Shown here piece by piece: positions 10,443 through 19,503 of a DNA stretch of 64,000 nt. The position numbers were made by a program, and so were the translations under genes. The notes under the pieces are model-generated. The model was given only the letters and a program-made list of their open reading frames with translations. It had not been told where the DNA came from and ran no database searches. Source of the DNA: a virus; IMG/VR virus record IMGVR_UViG_3300024255_000002; one strand, written 5' to 3'. Position 1 is the stretch's first letter. Each line of letters begins with the position of its first letter.

Positions 10443-11397
10443 AACAAGTTGGCAAGAAATAATGGAGAGTGTAAACGAAAGTCAAACCGTTTATGTTGCA
10501 AGATGGACATCTAAACAGGATGGCAAAAGATATGCGTCTCCTTTTAAAACACAACCAGACGCTGATAAAAGAGCAAAAGAATTAAAATCACAAGGTAATA
10601 GAAATATATCTGTAACGCAAGACACTTTAAGGTCAAACGTTAAATGGAAAAAAGATGGGTCTCCTGATGTAAAAGGAATGCAAGAAGAAGTGTTAGATGA
10701 AGCTATTACAAACCAAAGATTAGAACAATTAAAAAGGTCTTGGGCATCTATTAAAACAATGACACCTTCAAAGATTAATGACTTGAAAAAGTTTTTAGAA
10801 AAACAATCATCAGACGTGTTATTACAATTAAGTCAATATGGTATTAACTTTGTTTCCCACATGGCAACATCTGTAATGAGAAAAAGAAAACCTGGATCAT
10901 CGGCACATGCTGGTTCTTTCAAAACATATGATTTAAAAATGAGTGAGGCAGTAACACCAGAGAAAAATCCAGAAGCTAAATTCAAAGATAGTAGAGACGA
11001 TATTTCAAAGTCACAACAAGAATTAGATAAGTTAGATAAATCTAATCCTGACAACAAACAACAGGTTGAATTAGGAAAAAAAGAAATAGAAGTGCAAAAG
11101 TTAAAACTTAAACACGACATGGATAAAGAAAAAGAAAAACAATTAACTCGTTCCGAACAATTCATAGAACAGATTGAAGGCTTAAAAACAAAAGCTGAAA
11201 AATCTGGTATGCCATATTCAATATTAAAACAAGTTTATAATAGAGGAATGGCTGCATGGAAAGGTGGTCATAGACCAGGAACAACACCTCAACAATGGGC
11301 GTTTGCTCGTGTAAATAGTTTCATAACTAAGTCAAGTGGGACTTGGGGTAAAGCAGATTCAGATTTGGCTGATAAAGTAAAAGGAAGTAAAGACTAG
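10429..11397 (+). CDS. Hypothetical, probable internal head protein with C-terminal DUF5824-like domain
   Basis: LKQVYNRGMAAWKGGHRPG...WAFARVNSF; repeated hydrophobic-x-E linkers. Confidence 0.55.
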   Translation: MTKYRTSWQEIMESVNESQTVYVARWTSKQDGKRYASPFKTQPDADKRAKELKSQGNRNISVTQDTLRSNVKWKKDGSPDVKGMQEEVLDEAITNQRLEQLKRSWASIKTMTPSKINDLKKFLEKQSSDVLLQLSQYGINFVSHMATSVMRKRKPGSSAHAGSFKTYDLKMSEAVTPEKNPEAKFKDSRDDISKSQQELDKLDKSNPDNKQQVELGKKEIEVQKLKLKHDMDKEKEKQLTRSEQFIEQIEGLKTKAEKSGMPYSILKQVYNRGMAAWKGGHRPGTTPQQWAFARVNSFITKSSGTWGKADSDLADKVKGSKD

Positions 11398-11406
11398 GAG
11401 AAAACA

Positions 11407-12195
11407 ATGGATAAAAAATATTTTGAAACAAAACAAGGCAGCTTAGAAGATGTATCCACAAAGATCGCTAAAGAGCAGCCAACAATAACAAAACCAGAAA
11501 CAAAAGTAAAACTAACAACAGAAAAAAAATACTTTGAAACTAAACCAAATTCACTTTCAGATATCGCTGCTAAGATTGTAAGTGAAGGAGTTGATCCAGT
11601 AAACAAAGATGCTGTTAAAAAAGATTTTACAGATAGAAAAGATAAAGACCTTGATAACGATGGTGATACAGATTCATCAGACGAATACTTACATAAAAAG
11701 AGACAGGCAATTTCTAAAAATATGAAAGAAAACAAAGCATACATGTTATCTTATGGTAAAAAAGGTGAAAAGGCAAAATTCTTTTATGGCAACAGTTTAT
11801 CAGATATTCAAAACAAAGCACATGAATTAAGAAAACAAGGTATCGTTGTTGATAAAATGGGTAGAACTGAACCAACTCATAAGTTAAGACAAACTATTGA
11901 GTCAGTAAATCCAGACGACAAAGGTGAAAAACAAAATGCAGATAAGATAAAAGCATATACTGATCCTAAAAAAGGTGAGAAGTCTGTTATCAAACCTTTA
12001 CAAGAATTAGAAAAAGAGTGTCCTCAATGTCAAGGTAAAGGATGTGATCATTGTGATGACAAAGGAACTCATACTGTAAAAGAAAATAAAAAGACATTTA
12101 AAGAGATTCGAATACAGGCTGGTGAAGGTCCAAAAACTGATACAGGCAAAAAAACTGCTGTAATAGATACTGAACCATCAACAAAACCAATATAA
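11407..12195 (+). CDS. Hypothetical Lys/Glu-rich protein with internal repeat, Dx[DN]xDG loop and CxxC-CxxC
   Basis: KKYFETK twice; DLDNDGDTDSSDE; CPQCQGKGCDHC. Confidence 0.6.
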   Translation: MDKKYFETKQGSLEDVSTKIAKEQPTITKPETKVKLTTEKKYFETKPNSLSDIAAKIVSEGVDPVNKDAVKKDFTDRKDKDLDNDGDTDSSDEYLHKKRQAISKNMKENKAYMLSYGKKGEKAKFFYGNSLSDIQNKAHELRKQGIVVDKMGRTEPTHKLRQTIESVNPDDKGEKQNADKIKAYTDPKKGEKSVIKPLQELEKECPQCQGKGCDHCDDKGTHTVKENKKTFKEIRIQAGEGPKTDTGKKTAVIDTEPSTKPI

Positions 12196-12215
12196 AAAGT
12201 GCGACACTTTAGCGC

Positions 12216-12244
12216 TTGATAAAAATGCTCATATATGATAGTAT
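12216..12244 (+). promoter_or_regulatory. sigma70-like promoter TTGATA-17-TAGTAT
   Basis: 17 nt spacing, TG upstream of -10, abutting GCGAC-N5-AGCGC box. Confidence 0.6.
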
Positions 12245-12250
12245 ATGAGT

Positions 12251-12751
12251 ATGAAAACAAACACTATGAATAAAATAATATATTGTGATATGGATGGTGT
12301 TCTTGCAGACTTTAAAAAAGGTGCTGAAAGAGCAACTAAAATGTCAATCAAACAATGGATGAATATCCCTTCTTCAAAAGAGAAGTGGAGACCTATTATA
12401 GAAATGCCTAATTTCTGGTCTTCTCTTCCTTGGATGCCAGGAGGACAAAGATTATGGAGTTATATCTCTAAATTTAATCCACACATACTAAGTGCATATG
12501 TTGAGGAAGAATTTGACCCTAACTGTATACCAGGCAAAAGAGAATGGTTAAGAAGAAATACAGGATTGTCAAGTCCTCAAAGAGTTAATTTAGTTAAAAG
12601 AAAAGAAAAAAAACAATTTTCTAAAAAAAATGCTATCTTAATAGATGATTATCAAAAAAACGTTGATGAATTTACTAGATCAGGTGGTATTGGTATCTAT
12701 CATACAGACACATCAAAAACAATCTCTCAACTCAAAAGATTAGGATTTTAA
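12251..12751 (+). CDS. HAD-family 5'(3')-deoxyribonucleotidase-like protein
   Basis: IYCDMDGVLADF, ILSA, LIDD; start could be 12251 or 12266. Confidence 0.85.
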   Translation: MKTNTMNKIIYCDMDGVLADFKKGAERATKMSIKQWMNIPSSKEKWRPIIEMPNFWSSLPWMPGGQRLWSYISKFNPHILSAYVEEEFDPNCIPGKREWLRRNTGLSSPQRVNLVKRKEKKQFSKKNAILIDDYQKNVDEFTRSGGIGIYHTDTSKTISQLKRLGF

Positions 12752-12754
12752 TCT

Positions 12755-12762
12755 TATAAATA
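12755..12762 (+). promoter_or_regulatory. Late promoter TATAAATA
   Basis: Exact consensus, intergenic. Confidence 0.75.
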
Positions 12763-12830
12763 GTCTAGTGTATAACACGGTATAAATTTATATCAAAAAT
12801 TGAGTACCTTTAACTAAGGGAGAGAATAAT

Positions 12831-13112
12831 ATGTCAAGTTGGGGAAAAACAGACGCTGCTGGATCAGCACCTTTATGGGCTACAGCACATGTAAATCAAG
12901 CGCCAACAAGTACGAATGCTTCGGACTTGTTTGAGAATAATACGCTTCCATTACCATATTTTAGTGATATGTTTGTGGCACTATTTAACTACACTTCAGG
13001 TGAAGTGCCAAGTGGTGCTCATCAAGGATGGGTTTTAACAAAGACGTTTACAGGTGGAAGATTAGGCAGATCACAACATGAGACACTTGTTGCATTAACA
13101 AGTAACTCGTAG
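12831..13112 (+). CDS. Small probable structural protein
   Basis: Late promoter, GGAG SD; MSSWGKTD...AHQGWV...GR...ETLVA pattern. Confidence 0.6.
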   Translation: MSSWGKTDAAGSAPLWATAHVNQAPTSTNASDLFENNTLPLPYFSDMFVALFNYTSGEVPSGAHQGWVLTKTFTGGRLGRSQHETLVALTSNS

Positions 13113-13126
13113 TAAATAAAATAACA

Positions 13127-13150
13127 TAGGGGTCGCTTTGGCGGCCCTTA
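13127..13150 (+). terminator. GC-rich hairpin (terminator or processing element)
   Basis: TAGGGGTCGC-TTTG-GCGGCCCTTA. Confidence 0.6.
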
Positions 13151-13221
13151 TATATATTAACAACGTGATGTAGGAAAATACCTACAATAGCATTCCCGAA
13201 AGGGTTTATAGGAGAATAAAA

Positions 13222-13674
13222 ATGGCAGATAAAAAAATAACACAATTAACGGACTTAGGTGATTCACTGGCATCCGTAGATTTATTTCATGTAGTGGATG
13301 ATCCATCAGGAACACCAATCAATAAAAAAATTGCAGCTGAAGATGTTTTCAATAACATTCCTAGTTACTTAGGACTATCACAAACTAGTCAAACGTTAAC
13401 TATGGATAGTTCATCACAGGTTGCAGATGTAACTTCGGCAATAACTGAACTTAACGCTGCTTCGGCACCAGGAACAGTTACACTTGCTGACGGAACTAAT
13501 GGACAAATTAAAACTATCCTAATTACAACTGGATCAAATGCAGTAACAATAACACCATCTAATTTATCAGGACATACTTCGGTAGTTCTAAATGCTTTAG
13601 GTCAGTCTGTTACATTAATGTTCAAGTCTTCAAACTGGAACATTGTTGCTGGGCATGATTACACAACAGTATAA
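13222..13674 (+). CDS. Probable virion structural protein
   Basis: MADKKITQLTDL N-terminus typical of fibre/decoration proteins; Thr/Ser-rich. Confidence 0.6.
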   Translation: MADKKITQLTDLGDSLASVDLFHVVDDPSGTPINKKIAAEDVFNNIPSYLGLSQTSQTLTMDSSSQVADVTSAITELNAASAPGTVTLADGTNGQIKTILITTGSNAVTITPSNLSGHTSVVLNALGQSVTLMFKSSNWNIVAGHDYTTV

Positions 13675-13689
13675 TTTTAGGAGTTAATT

Positions 13690-13944
13690 ATGATAGATAA
13701 GGCAAAACTTGAAAGTGAAAAGGCAACTTTGCAAAAAGATTATTCAGAGTTGTCTAATAAAATTGCTACCTTTGAAAAATCTTTGTTCAGTATGAGAAAC
13801 AATTTACATGCTGTTCATGGTGCAATTCAACAAGTAGATAAATTTTTAAAAGATTTTGATGATGAAAAAAAAGTATTATTACAGGAGGGAGAACGTAGTG
13901 GTGAAGAACAAGACTATAAAGTCACATACAGTTTCGATGGATAA
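13690..13944 (+). CDS. Coiled-coil hypothetical protein
   Basis: GGAG SD; heptad pattern. Confidence 0.6.
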   Translation: MIDKAKLESEKATLQKDYSELSNKIATFEKSLFSMRNNLHAVHGAIQQVDKFLKDFDDEKKVLLQEGERSGEEQDYKVTYSFDG

Positions 13945-14110
13945 TTTTTTATCTGATCTTGCTGATAATACACCAAATGATAAACAATTTGAGGGAGTGC
14001 AATTAGAAGATAATTCTGAAGATTATGAATTGCAAGAAGTTGAAGAAGATTTATCAGGTGGTATAACATTTAAGTATTTAAAAAAAGAAGTAACGGAGAA
14101 AAAGAAATGA
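13937..14110 (+). CDS. Small acidic hypothetical protein
   Basis: Likely start MDNFLSDL overlapping the previous stop. Confidence 0.45.
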   Translation: MDNFLSDLADNTPNDKQFEGVQLEDNSEDYELQEVEEDLSGGITFKYLKKEVTEKKK

Positions 14111-14541
14111 AAACTTTTAGACAACACATTAAAGAAGGTGGACAAATGGGTGTTGGAACAACTTCACACCATGACTCAGTAGAGAATGGTAGTGTAGGAG
14201 TTCATAACATACATGAACCTGCTATAATGCAAAGAGTTAACGCATTTGTTGGTGCTGTTGCTGATAGAGAATATATAAAACCTGAAGGCGCTCTTGCTGA
14301 TTTAGAAGAAAAATTAGGAAGACTTGGTATTGGTTTTAAATCACCTATCAACATAGTAGGCAAAAACGGAAACTTTAAAACTGAATTGACACAACACGGC
14401 GGACGTTTTGGTAAAGATACTGACGGCTCTGATATTAATGATGATGGTATAACACATAGAACAGGTAAAGCATTAACATTAAAAGGAAAATATGAGACGT
14501 TAGAGAATGGCGCTGTAAGAGTATATGCAGAGCTTGGCTAA
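14107..14541 (+). CDS. Hypothetical, probable head-targeted protein
   Basis: N-terminus MKTFRQHIKEG. Confidence 0.6.
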   Translation: MKTFRQHIKEGGQMGVGTTSHHDSVENGSVGVHNIHEPAIMQRVNAFVGAVADREYIKPEGALADLEEKLGRLGIGFKSPINIVGKNGNFKTELTQHGGRFGKDTDGSDINDDGITHRTGKALTLKGKYETLENGAVRVYAELG

Positions 14542-14903
14542 TGTTTACACAGATAACGAGTAAAAATTGGCTGTTTTATGCCATAAAAAACTATAATATT
14601 CCTAATCTGGATACAGAGCAGGAATTTTATGAAGATATAAAACGATTTAAGTATATTAAACGTTTATTTCGAAAGTTTAAGTCAACAGGTGAGTTAAAAA
14701 CTAGACTTATACTTAATCATATAATAGTTTTAAATAATGTATTTGGAACTGAAGCAGCCTCAACACTGCTACTGTTTAAGATAGAAAGAGAGTTTTGGCC
14801 TGTATTAAAAACTTTTTTGATATTTTTAAATAATATAAAAGATGAGGAGTTACCATTAGTGAAAACTAATAAGACTCTGTTATTAAGTTTGGAGAAAATA
14901 TAA
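14541..14903 (+). CDS. Conserved T4-like hypothetical protein
   Basis: EFYEDIKRFKYIKRLF...RLILNHIIVLNNVFG motif recognised from marine T4-likes. Confidence 0.7.
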   Translation: MFTQITSKNWLFYAIKNYNIPNLDTEQEFYEDIKRFKYIKRLFRKFKSTGELKTRLILNHIIVLNNVFGTEAASTLLLFKIEREFWPVLKTFLIFLNNIKDEELPLVKTNKTLLLSLEKI

Positions 14904-15493
14904 TGGGAAGAGCAATAGACCTTTTAATTACATATAGAGTTATTAAGTTATTAGTAACTCCATGGGAAAAACATGACGCTTATAAGTTAGGTATTATTGA
15001 TGATACGGGTAAAGTACTAAGAAAAGCAAAAACACTAAAAACTAGTGAAGAAAAGAAATCTTATACTTTATTACATAGATTTGTTTTTAATTTAAAAAGA
15101 CTTATAGGTATAGTACCTGGTGGTAAATCAAAACTAGGATCATATGCTGCTGCTTTAGGGTTATTATTAAAAGAAGAAAACGAAATAAATTCTGTTGAGT
15201 TAGAAAAAGATTTATATAATCATTTAAGACAAAATAATTTAATATCATTAGGTGATGACTTAAATGAAACTGTTGGTTATGATTATCTACCTAAGTCTAA
15301 GTTCTTAATGATTGATGAACTAAGAGATTTAGAAGATAATGTTATTGCTGAAGTTGGCGATGTTATTGAAAATATAGTAGATCAAAAACCAATAGACAAG
15401 TACTTTGGCGTAAACCTATATAAAGTTATAAATGAAGAAACGCAAAAGACAATTGTTGTATCGGAAGATAACATAGAGAGGATAAAATTCTAA
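14903..15493 (+). CDS. Conserved T4-like hypothetical protein
   Basis: TPWEKHDAYKLGIID...YTLLHRFVFNLKR motif. Confidence 0.7.
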   Translation: MGRAIDLLITYRVIKLLVTPWEKHDAYKLGIIDDTGKVLRKAKTLKTSEEKKSYTLLHRFVFNLKRLIGIVPGGKSKLGSYAAALGLLLKEENEINSVELEKDLYNHLRQNNLISLGDDLNETVGYDYLPKSKFLMIDELRDLEDNVIAEVGDVIENIVDQKPIDKYFGVNLYKVINEETQKTIVVSEDNIERIKF

Positions 15494-16158
15494 TGAAATC
15501 ATTTAAGAACTGGTTTGAATCTTGTTGGGATGGATATAAACAAGTTGGTATGAAGAAAAAAGGTGACAAGATGGTACCAGATTGTGTGCCTGAAGAAGCA
15601 CCAGCAAATTCAGTTGGTTCTGGTAATATTGCAGGAGTAGGAGTTGGGCCCGATGGTGAGCCAGGAGTTATGCCTAGTGCTGCTAATGTTTACAAGAAAA
15701 AGAACAAAGATGAATTTAAACAAAGAATATCACACTTTCTAACTAAATTTAAAACTGTAAAAGAAGATAACGATACAAAAGTTTTAGAGATAGCACAACA
15801 GATACAAGATGACGAGAAAGTCTATTCAAAACAAATAGAACCTATTTTAAAAAATCTAAGTAGAAAAAAAGTTAAAGACGAATATAACGAAGAAGAAGCA
15901 ACAAAATTATTCAGATATGTTGTTGATAATAAAGTAAGAGAAGTTGCTAAAGGTGCCAATATGAATAGTAGAATGATTCCTGGCACAGTAAGAAATGAAG
16001 TTGCAACAAAATTACTTTCAACATACAGTAAAAAGATTGATGAATATGTTGACACATATAGCCCAATGGCATCTATGGGATCGCAAGGGCAATTTCACCC
16101 TACTGGAAAAAGTCGAGTAGTGGTAAACGCAGAAAACGAAAAAAACAAAAAGGACTAA
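15493..16158 (+). CDS. Hypothetical, probable head-targeted protein
   Basis: MKSFKNWFES, CWDGYKQVG...VPDCVP, EEAPANSVG. Confidence 0.6.
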   Translation: MKSFKNWFESCWDGYKQVGMKKKGDKMVPDCVPEEAPANSVGSGNIAGVGVGPDGEPGVMPSAANVYKKKNKDEFKQRISHFLTKFKTVKEDNDTKVLEIAQQIQDDEKVYSKQIEPILKNLSRKKVKDEYNEEEATKLFRYVVDNKVREVAKGANMNSRMIPGTVRNEVATKLLSTYSKKIDEYVDTYSPMASMGSQGQFHPTGKSRVVVNAENEKNKKD

Positions 16159-16160
16159 CT

Positions 16161-16742
16161 ATGGAACTATTAATAGCTTTGGCAATGAAATTTTGGCAAT
16201 GGTCATTGTTAATACTACTTGTAATAGTAGGGTTTGTTATAAACTTATTAGATAAAAAGAAAGTTAATATAAAATTCTCTTATGAAGAATTACCACACTT
16301 ACAACCAGTAAAGATTTCCACAAAGGGAAAAGGATTCTGGAAAGGTATAATTATGTGGTTAACTTCAACAAGAAATTGGGTTATTACTAAAGATTGGAAA
16401 TATAAACTTAACGGTGTTAATTATGTAATACCAGCAGGTTTTCAATTTGATGGTGCAAGTATACCTAAGTTTTTGAGAACATTTTTTTCACCTGTCGGTG
16501 TATTACTAATAGGTGGACTAGTGCATGATTACATGTACAAATACACTGCTTGCAAACCAGCAAGTAAAAAGAACGCATTATTAATAGTAAATCAAAAGAA
16601 GGCAGATCAAATCTTTAGAGATATTAATATTGGTGTAAACGGATTTTATCTTATGAATTACTTAGCATACTGGTCATTAAGACTAGGCGGCTTTGTTGCG
16701 TGGAATGGTCATAGAAAAAGAAACGCTAAAATAGGAGACTAA
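16161..16742 (+). CDS. DUF1353-like membrane-anchored protein
   Basis: N-terminal TM; VIPAGFQFDGASIP, VHDYMY, KADQIF. Confidence 0.75.
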   Translation: MELLIALAMKFWQWSLLILLVIVGFVINLLDKKKVNIKFSYEELPHLQPVKISTKGKGFWKGIIMWLTSTRNWVITKDWKYKLNGVNYVIPAGFQFDGASIPKFLRTFFSPVGVLLIGGLVHDYMYKYTACKPASKKNALLIVNQKKADQIFRDINIGVNGFYLMNYLAYWSLRLGGFVAWNGHRKRNAKIGD

Positions 16743-16743
16743 T

Positions 16744-16854
16744 ATGTTTTTAACATTAGGATTAATTATAGGATTTATACTAGGTTGGTATGTAAACGAG
16801 AAGTTTGAAGACTTAGTTGAAGTATCTAGTAAACTGAAATTTTGGAAAAAATAA
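16744..16854 (+). CDS. 36 aa membrane micro-protein (not in ORF track)
   Basis: MFLTLGLIIGFILGWYVNEKF...; GGAG SD; stop abuts the next ATG. Confidence 0.55.
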   Translation: MFLTLGLIIGFILGWYVNEKFEDLVEVSSKLKFWKK

Positions 16855-17313
16855 ATGAGATTAATATTCATAGGCATTATCATCACGTCATTACTTGGTG
16901 CTGGTGCCTATGTTTTAAAGTTGCAAAAAGATAATGTAATTTTGAAAGAGAACGCAGTTAAATTAGAGTCTGCTATTAGTGAACAAAAAACTTTAATAGA
17001 AAATCAGAAAAAAGATTTTGAAGAAATATTAGATGCTAACAATAAGATGAATAAGTTAGTTAATGTTTTGAAAAAAGATTTAGATGATTTAGATAAAAGA
17101 TTTAATAAAAAAAATAGAGACGTTGGCAAACTTGCAATTGCTAAAACAAAGTCTATTGAAAGAATAACAAATGGTGCGTCAGCACTTGCTACAAGATGTA
17201 TTGAGATCGCAAGTGGATCACCTCTAACTGAGGAAGAAAAAAATGCTACGAAGAAGTCGGAAATTAACACTGAATGTACTTCTATTGCTAATCCTAACTA
17301 TATTCCTTACTAG
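16855..17313 (+). CDS. Inner-membrane spanin (Rz-like)
   Basis: N-terminal TM plus long coiled coil; overlaps a lipoprotein gene. Confidence 0.7.
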   Translation: MRLIFIGIIITSLLGAGAYVLKLQKDNVILKENAVKLESAISEQKTLIENQKKDFEEILDANNKMNKLVNVLKKDLDDLDKRFNKKNRDVGKLAIAKTKSIERITNGASALATRCIEIASGSPLTEEEKNATKKSEINTECTSIANPNYIPY

Positions 17314-17617
17314 TTGTAGTGGAGTAAAACAGTTAAGCATATTCAAAGAAGAAGTACCAAGGGCAAAACTTAATTTAGAAAAACCCACACCATTAGAATT
17401 AGAAAACTTAAAATGGATTATTATAACATCTGAAAATGCCGAAGAAGTGTTTAAGAAGTTAGAAGAACAAGGCATTGATCCTGTATTGTGGGGTTTAACT
17501 GATAAAGACTTTGAACTATTAGCAAAAAACTTTGCTCAAATAAGAAATCAATTAAAAATTACAAATGACTTACTAGATAAGTATAAAGAATATTACGAAG
17601 AAGAAGAAGGTGCATAA
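17243..17617 (+). CDS. Outer-membrane spanin lipoprotein (Rz1-like)
   Basis: Lipobox LTSC, Pro-containing segment, start embedded in the Rz-like gene. Confidence 0.7.
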   Translation: MLRRSRKLTLNVLLLLILTIFLTSCSGVKQLSIFKEEVPRAKLNLEKPTPLELENLKWIIITSENAEEVFKKLEEQGIDPVLWGLTDKDFELLAKNFAQIRNQLKITNDLLDKYKEYYEEEEGA

Positions 17618-17898
17618 TGGAATTATTTTTTGATATATTAGTTAAGTTTGGATTACCTGTAGCAGCCGCAAGTGTTATGGGAATGTTCATCTATATAATT
17701 TTGAAATACATTTTAGGTGGTGTAGTTGGATCAGTAAAAGGATTGCACGGCATAATTATGGGTTTAGAAAATAGAGTTGAGACTATGAATAATGATCTAA
17801 TACATATTGATACATTACTTTCAGCTGCTTTACATTTAAGACCAGACTTAGATAGAATTGCCAGATCAGATGGTAAGAATGATGCTAGGAAAGATTAA
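17617..17898 (+). CDS. Small TM + coiled-coil protein (holin-like), paralog A
   Basis: FGLPVAAASVMGMFIY TM; NNDLIHI. Confidence 0.5.
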   Translation: MELFFDILVKFGLPVAAASVMGMFIYIILKYILGGVVGSVKGLHGIIMGLENRVETMNNDLIHIDTLLSAALHLRPDLDRIARSDGKNDARKD

Positions 17899-18152
17899 TG
17901 AACATATTACAAATACTTGAACAATATGGATTTGCAACTGTGGCCGCTATTGCCATGGGTTGGTTTATCTGGTTCATCTATACATACATCACACAGGAAA
18001 TTACATCTAAGTTGGCAGAGGCAAATAAGGCACTTATTGTTCTCCTAGACAAAATCAGACGACTAGATAACGATTTAATACGAATAAAGACTAAACTGAA
18101 CACAGTATTAACCCTCCGAGAAGAAGAAAAAAGAAACAAAAAGAATAGATAA
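17898..18152 (+). CDS. Small TM + coiled-coil protein (holin-like), paralog B
   Basis: YGFATVAAIAMGWFIW TM; DNDLIRI. Confidence 0.5.
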   Translation: MNILQILEQYGFATVAAIAMGWFIWFIYTYITQEITSKLAEANKALIVLLDKIRRLDNDLIRIKTKLNTVLTLREEEKRNKKNR

Positions 18153-18160
18153 TATAAATA
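18153..18160 (+). promoter_or_regulatory. Late promoter TATAAATA heading the curli-like cassette
   Basis: Exact consensus 5 nt before the csgF-like ATG. Confidence 0.7.
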
Positions 18161-18165
18161 TAAGT

Positions 18166-18654
18166 ATGAAAACATCAATGAAAAAATTGATGTTAGTAGT
18201 GGGACTTATATCATTCACATCGATTACATCAATTCTAGCATCAGAATTAGTACATAATTTTAAGAATCCTGCCTTTAGTGGTAATGGATATTCTTCACAT
18301 GTATTGTCTATCAATCAACTTGAAGCACAAAGAGAGAAACAAGTTATTGATGACAGAAAATCAGCAGAAGCAGCTGCTGAAAGAGAAGAAAAAAACAAGA
18401 CGGTAAATAAATTTATCGCCAATGTTGAAAGTAGAATTTATGCCAACTTATCAAAACAGTTAGTTGATAATATGTTTGGTGAAAGTTGTGATAGTAGTAC
18501 CACAACTTGTCCTACATCTGGTAATGCAGATATAGAAGGTGCTCAAATTTATTGGGTAAAAGATACTACAACTGAAATAATTACATTAACAATTACAGCT
18601 GATGATGGAACAGTTACAACGATGGCAGTTCCAATAGGTGATTTTCAATTTTAG
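18166..18654 (+). CDS. csgF: Curli assembly protein CsgF-like
   Basis: Signal peptide then ELVHNFKNPAFSGNG (CsgF F-x-N-P-x-F-x-G-N N-terminus); adjacent to csgG. Confidence 0.8.
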   Translation: MKTSMKKLMLVVGLISFTSITSILASELVHNFKNPAFSGNGYSSHVLSINQLEAQREKQVIDDRKSAEAAAEREEKNKTVNKFIANVESRIYANLSKQLVDNMFGESCDSSTTTCPTSGNADIEGAQIYWVKDTTTEIITLTITADDGTVTTMAVPIGDFQF

Positions 18655-18663
18655 GATATTATA

Positions 18664-19503
18664 ATGATAAAAATATTAATGACTATAGTTATGACGTTTG
18701 CCTTGATTGGATGTCAAACAACTAAAGATATTGAAATATACAAAAATAAAGGACCATCTATACAAGTATCAACTACTAAAGAAAAGTTGAAGGCATTGCC
18801 TGATTTAGATGGACAACCTATTATAACAATAGCTGTTTACAAATTTACAGACCAAACAGGTCAGAGAAAACCTAGTACAAAGTTTTCTCAACTATCAACT
18901 GCTGTCACACAAGGTGGTAGTATGTTTGTTGTGGATGCTTTAAAATCAGTTTCAGGTGGAGATTGGTTTCAAGTATTAGAGAGAGAAGGATTAGACAATC
19001 TAATCAAAGAAAGACAGTTGATTAGATCAACTAGAACAGAATATGATGGTGAACAACAGGTTGGAAATATTTTAAAACCTTTAGTGTTCGCTGGACTTCT
19101 AATGGAAGGATCCGTTGTAGGGTACGATAGTAATATACAATCGGGTGGACAAGGTGCGAGATATTTAGGTATTGGTTTAAGTGAACAGTATAGAGTAGAT
19201 CAAGTAACAGTATCTATAAGACTTGTATCAGTTCAATCAGGTGAAATATTATTAACCTCAAATGTGACTAAAACTATTGCTAGTCATTCAAAAGGTGGTG
19301 ATGTATTTACATTCTTAGATATGAATACAAAAGCAATAGAGATAGAACGTGGAGTCGCTGCTAATGAACCAGTAACATACGCAGTAAGAAGTGCTATAGA
19401 ATATGCCGTGCTAGATATAATTATGTGCGGTAAAGAAAAAGGATACTGGAAGTTTAAAGAAGAAAAAGAAAAAGGATTACACGAAAATGAAAACAATAAT
19501 TAG
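18664..19503 (+). CDS. csgG: Curli secretion channel CsgG-like lipoprotein
   Basis: Lipobox LIGC; AVYKFTDQTGQRKP, STAVTQG, WFQVLEREGLDNLIKERQLIR, GARYLGIG, QYRVDQVTV. Confidence 0.93.
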   Translation: MIKILMTIVMTFALIGCQTTKDIEIYKNKGPSIQVSTTKEKLKALPDLDGQPIITIAVYKFTDQTGQRKPSTKFSQLSTAVTQGGSMFVVDALKSVSGGDWFQVLEREGLDNLIKERQLIRSTRTEYDGEQQVGNILKPLVFAGLLMEGSVVGYDSNIQSGGQGARYLGIGLSEQYRVDQVTVSIRLVSVQSGEILLTSNVTKTIASHSKGGDVFTFLDMNTKAIEIERGVAANEPVTYAVRSAIEYAVLDIIMCGKEKGYWKFKEEKEKGLHENENNN

